A DNA stretch of 63,937 bases, the filler included, from Salisapilia sapeloensis CBS 127946 (lineage: Eukaryota; Protista; Oomycota): NCBI GenBank assembly GCA_023334545.1. It is 9 parts of 9 records of this genome, joined end to end, with 100 filler letters (N's around TTAATTAATTAA, not from the genome) between each part and the next. Parts side by side here need not be neighbours in the genome. Positions count along the whole stretch, not along the records: positions 39,551 to 58,818 come from JAADVB010000311.1; 8 more parts are not named here. One strand, given 5' to 3'. Numbering within the stretch: position 1 is the first letter of the stretch; the number at the start of each line of letters is the position of its first letter. The notes under the pieces were generated by a model. The model saw only the letters and a program-made list of their open reading frames with translations, was not told the origin of the DNA and searched no databases. This document shows, piece by piece, positions 44,829-54,700 of this stretch. The position numbers and the translations under genes were made by a program.

Positions 44829-46596
44829 TTATGCATCCAGTTCCTGACTACTAGCATTCTCGTCATTCACGCCAAGCAAAAGATCCCACTTCTCCATACT
44901 CGTCATCTCTCTACCTCTTCCATGACCTATCGTATTCCTCTGAATCTTCCTACTCTCTTCACTCCTTCCTGACTCGAAGACTCTAGGCCGTTGGAATACA
45001 CCTCCATCCGTCTCTGTCCCGAGATACTCGACCTCATCCTCTGTATCCGACAGAGACCGTTTCCGAGACGCTCGTTGCGATACGATATGAGCACTCACAT
45101 GCGACTGGACTTGTCCATTAAACCCACTCCCGTCCTTCCCACTCGGTCGCTTCGAACGATGTCGAGTAGCTACTTGATGACTCACCGGTTGCGTCTCGAA
45201 CGCTTGTAGCTGCTGGGCAGATACATGCGAAGTACCTGTAGAAGCAGGTACCTTGGACACAAGAGGTCTAAAGTCATCACTAACCTTGGAGCTATGGAAG
45301 TTAAGGATATGCGCAGATACGCCAAGCGCTCCATCCAAGTGTTTCCACGACTCACTACCTCCCTGATCTACTTGTCTTTTACTAGTTACTCTAGATGGAC
45401 TACTTGATGCATTTGGTCGAAGGAAATTGTTTTCACGTGGTGGACACATCTCGGATGAGCGAGAGCTCGATGGACGATCTGTAAACGAAGGTGAGACTTC
45501 TTCCCACGAGTAGTTTTCGCGTGTCAACGGATTCAACTTCCCAGACGCTATACCTGCTGCGACACTGTCCTCTAACTCGACGTCTCCTAGGAAATCGAGC
45601 CTATCATCTACTACATCTAGTGCCAGAATGTCCTTGGACAGCTCGAGAGGGTTTAAAAGCTTCACTTTCTTGTCTCGTGGGTCAAACACCAAGTGATGGC
45701 GAAACGTAAGAATGGCTGAATAGAACTTTTCTGGATAATCGGATGGTACTTGGTCCCCATACGCTTGCTGCAGTCCTCCCAGTACCTAGACATCGCCTAA
45801 GTTAGATCTAGAAACTAAGATAAAACAAGTAGAAGCGTACTTCTTTCGGGTATCGATGCTGTTGTACTAGCTTATAAGCAGTGATAATGCCAATGCCTGG
45901 TAAGGAGGCACAGTAGTCGCATCCAGCGACAACACAGAGCTGTACGAGCATCTCGTCTGTCCAACCTGCAAAGGACAATTCTTCACATGCGCCTAGACTT
46001 CTCCTCTCGAGCTCTTTCACCCACCCATCCATATTCCATTTAAATAGCATACGTCTGCAGCCATAAGGCACACAGTCCGAGTCTTCCGATATGACAGCGT
46101 CGATCAGTTTATGCCGAGAGAGGAAAGCTAGCTGCGCATCGGCTTCGTAAGGTGCAACGATAAAGTTTATATCCAATTTGCGTAATTTAGCCACGAACAA
46201 TTTGATCATGCTAGTTGTCACTGTCAAAGCCTTGGCACAGAGTGAGAAAAGCTCTGTCTGGTCACCGCCACGGTCGAGCACTTGCTGCGCTTGTTGACGC
46301 GCGAGAAAGCGTTTGCGAGCTCGAGCTTCGTTGACCGCTTTCTTCGCAGGCAAAGGTGCGCCGTCGAATACGAATATAAAGTTAACGCCATGATCCTGCA
46401 ACGTCTGGATTTGCTGCATGCAGTAGTTGATGTAGCCCATGGGATTCTTGTCCATCATGAGCTCCACGGGACAAGTGTACGCTCCTTTATAAAGCCAAGC
46501 GTTGGCATCCACCCCAACAGTCTTGCCTTTGAATTTAGAGATGTGCACTTGATCTAGTACGCTCTTCAGCACGGGTAATAAACCTTGTACGCCCAT
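44829..46596 (-). CDS. EXO1: Exonuclease 1 (XPG/RAD2 family), multi-exon
   Basis: MGVQGLLPVLK, VGVDANAWLYKGAYTC, FVFDGAPLPAK, IVAPYEADAQLAFL, ISEDSD and GCDYCASLPGIGIITA; low-complexity tail to 44829. Confidence 0.9.
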
Positions 46597-46681
46597 CGTC
46601 CCCTGCCGCGCGAATGCGATTCCGAGTACTCAGGTGGTTCTCTATCGGTACCGTGTACCATCCATAGTAACTCGAGGAAGC
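46597..46681. promoter_or_regulatory. Putative 85-bp bidirectional promoter (EXO1 / LENG1-like)
   Basis: Head-to-head ATGs at 46596 (-) and 46682 (+). Confidence 0.55.
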
Positions 46682-47233
46682 ATGGGAGGAGGTGGACTGC
46701 GTATTCTCGGCCATAAGAAGTGGCATGTGTGGCGACGAGAGAATATTGAACGTGTGCATCGAGATGAGAGGCTACACGAGGAAGCTCAGGCAAAAGAGCG
46801 TGGTGAAAGACGCAAACGAGACCAGGAAAAACGACGCGAAGAGCTTGAGAAGACACCACCGACCGAGCATTTCCATCTATTCGGCAAGGAGGAGCGCGAG
46901 AGCTGGAAAGCGAAAGCACCAAAGAAGAAGACAGATACACTAGGTGAACAGACAGCAACAGTCCCTTGGTATGCAAAGACTCCACAAGACACTGTGTTAT
47001 CATCCAAGCAAGAACGCAAGCGTAAGCGTGAACAAGAGGAGCAAGACCCCGTCTCTTGGATCCAACCAGCGTCCGACTACAAGCCAAAGACCAGTAAAAA
47101 GCACAAAACTCATAAGGAGGACCTTCGAACGAAACTCCGTCGAGAACGACAAGAGAGAGAAGCAAAGGAAAGAAAGAAAGCAGAGAAACTCGTTCATGGA
47201 CATTCCCAAAGACCAAGAAAATATATTTCTTAG
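46682..47233 (+). CDS. Cir_N-domain splicing-associated protein (LENG1/CWC25-like)
   Basis: LRILGHKKWHVWRRENIERVHRDE is the Cir_N motif, followed by charged coiled coil. Confidence 0.75.
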   Translation: MGGGGLRILGHKKWHVWRRENIERVHRDERLHEEAQAKERGERRKRDQEKRREELEKTPPTEHFHLFGKEERESWKAKAPKKKTDTLGEQTATVPWYAKTPQDTVLSSKQERKRKREQEEQDPVSWIQPASDYKPKTSKKHKTHKEDLRTKLRRERQEREAKERKKAEKLVHGHSQRPRKYIS

Positions 47234-47253
47234 CGATATCTGTGTCACTAGAC

Positions 47254-48348
47254 TTAGTTGTCCTTCTCGACCTTCTTGATTCCGCGCAGACGGCCCGTAC
47301 GGCGAGCGGCAATAAGACCAACCTTCTTACCGGCAGGCGCGTCACGGCGAACCGTGGACGGGTGACCAATGTGCTGGTGGTTACCACCACCGTGCGGGTG
47401 CTCAACCGGGTTCATGGCAACACCACGAGTCTTCGGCCAGGCGTTACGCTTGACACGGTACTTGTGGAAGGCACGGCCGGCCTTGAGCATCGGCTTGTCG
47501 GTACGTCCGCCACCGGCGACGACACCAACCATAGCACGGCACCTACAAGAGACAGAAAAGTAAGTATACGGACGGATCGACGAAAGCGATCGTCTCCGCA
47601 CACGGATACAAGCAGCATTTCATTGTAAAATACCACTTCCACATAGCAGCAATAGAGATATATAAGAGTGTGGATATGGTACTTACGCACCGCGCAAAGG
47701 CGGGAAACGTTTAGCACAGCCAGCTAGGTACTCATCAAGTACAGCCGAGGCAGTTCAACCTGAACGCCGCTGTGCCCAAGCGCATGTCCATCCGAATAGA
47801 TGGACATGCGCCTGTGCGTTTTGCATCATGTGAAGTGGAGACGTCGCAATGGGTGACAAAACTTACGCAGACGGCACGGTCTTCTTGGATCCAGACGGAA
47901 GACGGACCTTGGTCTTCGCCTTCTCTTCGTCGTGGGCGACGATGACGGCGTAGTCACCCGAGCAACGGGCGAACGTACCACGGTCACCGACCGAAGCCTC
48001 GACGTTGCAGACGATGGAACCTTCCGGGATGTTACCGAGCGGCAGGATGTTGCCAACAGCGAGCGAAGCCTTCACACCGCTGAAGATGAACATACCCGTG
48101 TACATACCTTCACAGGCAACCATGAGCTCATGGTGGAGACGGTAGCGGTACGGGTCACGGTACGTGACGCGAGCCAACGGGGCACCACGGCCAGGGTCGT
48201 GGATAATGTCCTTAACGACACCCTTAATGTATCCGCGACGCTCAATGTAGTCGAGCGGACGGTACTTGGTCGGCCCCTTACGGAGGTTCGTGTGCGAACG
48301 GAAGACAGAGCCAGCGCCCTTACGCTGTCCACGGATAACTCGACCCAT
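47254..48348 (-). CDS. RPL8: 60S ribosomal protein L8 (uL2), one 324-nt intron (47543-47866)
   Basis: [27 protein letters not shown] and [20 protein letters not shown]. The spliced junction PSA|CRAMVG is intact. Confidence 0.97.
47543..47866 (-). promoter_or_regulatory. Structured RPL8 intron with internal GTAAGT donor (47686-47681) and candidate 37-nt poison exon (47687-47723)
   Basis: Hairpins at 47780-47811 (13-bp perfect stem), 47741-47773 and 47628-47684. The cassette reads GC|C TGG CTG TGC TAA. Confidence 0.55.
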
Positions 48349-48644
48349 TGTTTCTTGCTACTTTCGGAGGGAATGTCGAAATGGTTGGCCAAGCCATTCC
48401 TTTGGCTATTTATACCCCATTTCCAATCATACGCATAGCCAGTCATTTCATTTTCATTTTCTAATTTACGAGCATTCGGTATCTCCTCCTTGTGAATTTA
48501 CCAAGTGTGCAAGGAGGTCATAAAGTAATGCGATAGCAAAGTTGGAGTAATTATAGTTGGACGAGTATGGCGGCTATTTCTCCACCGCTACTTGTCCTGG
48601 TTTTCGCTCCCAATATGTCAATAGCAAAAATACATTTCTTTTCT

Positions 48645-49706
48645 TTAGTAAACACGATCCACTACTGTTGTGGTCGATGTACTAGTATACATAGTCGTTA
48701 GATTAGTCTTGGTGAGCCATGGATGCTCGAGCAACTCGTCCGCGGTCATCCTTACCGTCGGGTCTTTTGCCAAGAGACGACGGACTACGTCCTTGGCATC
48801 GTCCGATACGAGCTGCCACGGGGCAAAGCCAAAGTCGATCTCTTCCTCACGGATACGTCGTTCCACCTCGGTATCCGAGGCTGTACCCTCTAAATCGAAC
48901 GGGTGGGCGCCGCATAAGGCAATGTAGAGCACACAGCCCAAAGCCCACATGTCAGAGGCTGGGGTGAAGCATTTGGTAGTCAATAGCTCCGGCGACAAGT
49001 ACGCCACTGTACCAATTTCATCTTCATCCCTGTCCTTTGCAAACTTGTTCGTTGGTCCGGCACTTCCAAAGTCAGCTAATTTGGCGACTTCGTTGTCGTC
49101 ACTGTCAGAAGTGAGGGCAGTCGATAGGAGGACATTCTCTGGCTTGATATCGTTATGAATCACGCCGTGTTTGTGGAGGAATTGGAGAGCTCCAGCGAGT
49201 TGTGGAGCTATTGACCGCACTCGAGTCTCTGGAAACACTCCTTTCGAAATGATGTGTTCAAACAGCTCTCCTCCTGCCACGAGCTCCGTCACGAGACATA
49301 CGCGACGGTTGTCAACGTAGATATCGCGTAGCTCGACAATGTTAGGGTGTCCCCCAAGTGCTTTAATAAGCTGCAATGAGGAAATCTCTCTCTCCAAAGC
49401 ACTTCGGTGCTGTCGGGTGTACTCGACGACTTTGACCGCTGCTGTCTCACCTGAATTGATACACTGTCCGAGACGTACAGTACCGTAGGAGCCAGCGCCA
49501 ATGGCGCCATGCAATTGCCATCGGCCGGGAGCATTGTACGCCAAGGCAGATTCAGCAAGAGATTCAGTCGATGTCGTGTGGAGAGTCGCCGCCGCGACGC
49601 CGACAACAAGACCCCATCCAGATTGCTCCATACCACGATGCAAAGCTGTCGTGGGCAAGTGACGAAGGGCAGTGTGTTGTACAGAGTTGCGTACTAATGA
49701 GAGCAT
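48645..49706 (-). CDS. CAMK-group Ser/Thr protein kinase (start codon uncertain)
   Basis: IGAGSYGTV, AVK, ELVAGGELF, HNDIKPEN, DFG, GTVAYLSPE, DMWALG and DPTVRMTADELLEHPW. Confidence 0.9.
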   Translation of the reverse strand: MLSLVRNSVQHTALRHLPTTALHRGMEQSGWGLVVGVAAATLHTTSTESLAESALAYNAPGRWQLHGAIGAGSYGTVRLGQCINSGETAAVKVVEYTRQHRSALEREISSLQLIKALGGHPNIVELRDIYVDNRRVCLVTELVAGGELFEHIISKGVFPETRVRSIAPQLAGALQFLHKHGVIHNDIKPENVLLSTALTSDSDDNEVAKLADFGSAGPTNKFAKDRDEDEIGTVAYLSPELLTTKCFTPASDMWALGCVLYIALCGAHPFDLEGTASDTEVERRIREEEIDFGFAPWQLVSDDAKDVVRRLLAKDPTVRMTADELLEHPWLTKTNLTTMYTSTSTTTVVDRVY

Positions 49707-50679
49707 GCTTGATGATGCTGTTGTAGAACCGGAAATGAAAATGACGTCTATGCGAAAACTTTGAAATGGGTGCACTCGATTCGCGTCCTCGTGTTCCAAC
49801 CTGCACTCTTGTCGTTGATCGCGTCTTATCCTGCAGATCAGAAATGAGGCTAGCAAAGTAATCGACAAAATGGGAAGACTTGCGTCAGATAGTGAATCTT
49901 TTAGCATGATGTGAGCACGGACGTTGCTTCAATAATCGTAATTTCACTTCATGGACCAGATATGTACGACGGTAGTGATAGATCAGAGGTACAGAGGGAT
50001 ATTTATCATAAGTCTTATTGCGTGCTTCCTGTACGGATGAGATTTTCATGTCGACCGTCAATTACAGGCGACTAAGCTTGTCACACTGAAGAGCTGCATT
50101 GCTCAACTACGCGCATAGCTAGTAGATTGACGTGCTAGTTTTATTCTACTAGATACTGTTTGTAACTTGGTTCAAAGACGCAACTATTGCGTTCGAGCAA
50201 GTGTCCCTGCTACGCCAAGAATGGATGTACTCTTCCGTGATTGGCATCAGCCTACATCCTCGTGTTCAGAGCATAAACACAAATATCATCGTGCTGTGTA
50301 GGCTGACTTGCGTCGGTCTCACCGGCACTTGGCATCCTCCGCTCAAAAGTTTCCTTCCGTCCAAATCACGCTAGTCGCTTTGCGATACGCCTGTCGTAGA
50401 TTCGACGCACTCCAATTACATCAACTGCTGTGAGTTCAGGGATATCCAGCTTTCAGCGTCTCCGCATTAACGATAATCTAGCATGAATTCGCTCTGTTTG
50501 CTTCCTTTGTCCTCTACTTCCTCCAGATCTGATCCATTGTACTCACTAGATGCGTTCTCTCTTTCCACAGCTGCGTATATCCTTCCATCGTATCGACAGA
50601 TTTACCTCAGGCATTCACATTTTGTCGATAACTCGTTAAAAGCTACTTTAGGACGGAAACGTGCATCGTATTCTTATAT

Positions 50680-51649
50680 CTACCACCGTCTCGAGAAAAT
50701 GTGAATGTAAAAGTACGTTGCCAAGAACATGATAAGTGCAACGGACACAAGGTACAAGGACGTCCAGAACCCAATACTCGATGCGAGCTGTTGCTCGAGT
50801 AACTCGTGCTCTCGTTCGAGCAACGCTGCGGTCGATTCGGCACTTTGACCGACAGCGTCGAGCATCTGATTATCTTCAGCTAGCCATGAGTTGAACGACT
50901 GGGTCTGCTCCTTCAACTGCCGTGCCAAGCCCATCATATCTGCTTCGAGAGACTCTTGCTCCGCTCGAGCTGCTTCTTCTGACACGTCCATCGGATCTGC
51001 ATTCGCCTTTGCTTGCTCCAATAGGCTGTCTCATAGGAAGGTCAGGTGGGCGTATTGCATAGCTACGTGAATGATGAATATACCCTAGACGTCTGCGGAT
51101 ATCTGTGGTCGTGAGCTTCGACTGCTTTGGCTCGATCGCTTTCTGCATATCTTCGTCTGATAATTCGAGCTCAGTATGATCCGGCAGCACTTTAATTGTC
51201 TTTGCGTGCTCTTCCATTGCTTGTCGTCGCATCTGGACAATGTCGTGCACGCGTGGTACTTGGAACGCCTTTGAGTCCGAGGGAGGGAGCCGATGCTTAA
51301 TGTCTTCCGACGCATCTTGCATCAACACCAACAATTCTCCTTCCTGTACTCATATCCAAATGAGACTTTTAAGGTCAGACAGCTAAATGCACGTATACGA
51401 ACCCTTCCATGGGATGATAGCTGCTTTAAGAAGCTCTGCGCAGCCTTCCAAAACTACACATACGTCCAGCACACCCTTTAGCACCGTATAAATGCTACAA
51501 TACTGCATTGATTGTACTTGTTTCAACTTCTTCGCATCCGTACTCTCAGTCTCTACAGCTTGAGATGGCAATCGTTTCTCAAAACGCTTCCACGCATCCA
51601 CAAACCGCTGACAATGTAGCTCGATCGATGCCTCCATGTTCACTCCCAT
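50680..51649 (-). CDS. USE1: USE1-like Qc-SNARE, multi-exon, C-terminal TM anchor
   Basis: QESLEADMMGLARQLKEQTQSF..LAEDNQML coiled coil followed by the TM segment FWTSLYLVSVALIMFLATYFYIHIF. Confidence 0.68.
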
Positions 51650-51723
51650 GAGCTCCTAAAGTTATGTACGCCTCTACATTATTCTGCACGTGATGTATGC
51701 AGAAGACTGCCCAATCTTCGTCG

Positions 51724-54700
51724 ATGATGGGAGCAGTACTCCTCTTCCTTTACTTGCTCCTAAGCATCGTAATAGCTACATCCGATGACACTTTTGTCAT
51801 TGACCACAAGACCAATCTGCATGATGTGTTTGAGGTACAAGACTTGTCTATCATGAATTCCTTCTCTTGACATGGATACTCATCCTGTCTGATGCAGTGC
51901 TCTCGAGTCCATGCCATTGGCTTCTTCAACGAGTTCTACGTCACTTGTGCATTCCATCCGGGTAAACACACCAATGCATCCAAATTGGAGGTACACAATA
52001 CGACTGTGAGAGGTGCAGACTTGGCACCTTTTGATGATGTACACGTCGAGCTCCAATTCTCCACCAAACCTATGCTTGCTGAAGTCCACGTCCAAAGCAG
52101 TATCATTGAAGCGAGTGCAGTGGAAATCATAGCTACGTCGATCTCAATCGATAAATCTTCTACAGTCAATACCTCGATGCAAGGCCTCAAGTTCGGTCCT
52201 GGCTACGATTCGTGGGATCACACAGGTGGTAGCTACGGAGGCATCGGTGGTGCATCCCTCCAGTTCCTACGAGACACGTGTGATCAAATAGGCAAGAATA
52301 CCATGTTTCGAGACATTGGGACGATAGCAGGTGATTTAAGTAACTTTCGCGGGTATGGAAGTGGAGGAGGAGATGTGTGCTGTCGAGGAGGTGGTCGCGT
52401 CAAGATCCAAGCATCCAAGGCGCTGCAACTAGATGGAAAGTTACTGGCTGTCGGTAGTGATGCAAATGCAGGTGGTGATGGAAGCGGTGGATCAGGTACG
52501 ATATCATAATGCCCATCGTACATATATTCTTCTCATTAGGAGCATCCTGGTAGGTGGATTGGTACTTGTCGTTGCAAAAGAGACTTTATCAGGATCTGGA
52601 GTTATCCAAGTGAATGGTGGAAACCCAGCAGCATACGAGAAAAAAGGAGACAAGGGGGGTGGCGGAGGTGGAGGTGGTGGACGCATTTCAATCCGAACGT
52701 CCGATGAGAATCAGCTCAAGAACATTTCGATGGAAGCGTTTGGAGGAGGAAAGTTTACAGGTAAATCGAGTGCCACGCAATGGTGTCAGTTAGGAGCAGA
52801 CGGAACGGTCTTTCTTGAATATAACGTATCCACTACAGCGTCTGAAGATGGCAAGTCCCAAGTCGCTGGACACATCCTCATCGCCGGAGCTAGACTAGAC
52901 GCCACAGCTCCGTCTCGAAGTGTCAGTCTCTACGGCTGCACGCCGATCTTTGAGTTCACTAGTCGATACGATCCTTTCCTTCCGTCTTCCACCGCTTCTG
53001 TCGTTGTCAGTGGCGGTGCATCCGTCTGCATCGATTCTATAAAACTCCAGCCATTTACTAGCAGTACACTCTCCCTCCAGTCCGGATCAGCGCTGAATGG
53101 TATGGCCAGGACGTCTCGAATGTCCATTCATGCGAACAAAGTGTCCATCCAAGGCTTTGTTGGTCCATCAACGCAAGAAACGAACGACTTATTCGACATA
53201 CACTTCCAATCCGACAGTGTCTCCATCTCTAACGCTCTCGTCGTCGGTGATTCCATCGACATTTCCACCACAGGAACGTTTGAGCTAGATCAATACTCTG
53301 TCATAAAGTTCCAGACGCATATGCTCGTAGATGCAAAGAAAGATGTAAAAATGCAAGGCTCTCTCCAGCCTCTACCTTCCCAAGATGAAGACAAATCCAC
53401 CGTAGACATCCGCAGCAGCTCTGGCAACGTCCAGTTCCTTCCACTCTTCATTGGACTCGAAGCAATCTACATCAGCATCACATCTGGAGCTAAAGCTGAT
53501 GTAGAACTACCATTCGATGCACCGCTCGCCCATCTCGCAGTCTCAGCACAAGATGTCCAGTTGGTACGTGCCAACAGTCGACTCACACGCACTTGTGCAG
53601 CATCAGCGTATCAAGCTGATCCCTCTGCGTGCTCCATCCTACGCCACGAACCGCCTCAATCATCTCCTTTCATCATCGGTGTCTTTGCCAACAAGTCTGC
53701 TACCGTCAAAAACGTGACGGCTGGGTCCATCCTCTTGTGTGGCAGCGACCAGCTGAGTATCGAAAACCTCATCACCTCCGATGCACTCGGTTGTCCTCCT
53801 GACCAAGGTCCTGGCAAAAGCGACAGCACAGACTCTGCCAGCGGTGGTGCTGGACATGGCGGCCGAGGAGGTAACATCCAGCCCGACGGTCAAGGCGCTG
53901 GTAAGGCCTACGACGCATCCTCCGGTTGGTGGGGCGGACACCAATGGCCTCAGTGGCCTGGTAGCGGAGCATCCGGTGGAGACGATCCGTCCGGTGTATG
54001 GGGCGGGAGTGGAGGTGGGATGATCCACTTGGCATCTCCAAAGCTAGAGATTAAAGGAAATGTCAGTGCCAAGGGTGGTAGTGGTGCCAAGGGAGGTGGA
54101 GGAGGGTCTGGAGGGTCCATCTTCATCTCCACAGCAGACGTATCAGGATCAGGTCTAGTGGACGTATCTGGAGGTCACGCCAGTAACGCAGGAGCTGTGG
54201 AGTTCACCACCACATCCGTGTGGGAAGTAGATGCAACTTTGATACGACACGTTGCCGGTACGAGCTTTGGTGGAGGCGGTGGAGGTGGTGTCCTGCGTAT
54301 AGATTACTTGGGTTTCAATAACACTGCGAATAACGCTGAAACCTTCCTAAAGAACGGAGGCAAGTTGCTTGCAAGTGGAGGGAAGAGTAACGGTGGTGAA
54401 GGCGGACAAGATGGTGTCACGATCGGCAGCAACTGCTTCAGTGGTCGTGGCGGCGTTGCTTGTCAACCATGCAATGAAGGCACTTATAGTCCTCATAACT
54501 CATCCACTTGTGTTCCTTGTGATCCAGGCTCTTTCACAGACAAGAAAGGGTCGAATATGTGCAACAAATGCGCTCCTGGACACTTTAATAAAGACTTTGG
54601 AAAAGCCTCCTGTTCCGCATGTGGTGCAGGAACCTTTGCCAAAGACAATGGCGCGACGCAATGTGCTCCTTGTACGCCTGGATCGTTCGCACCAGGAGAA

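Noticed and set aside
47725-47830. Box C/D snoRNA in the RPL8 intron (TGATGA / ATGATG motifs)
   Set aside because: No downstream CTGA D box was found on the sense strand of the intron.
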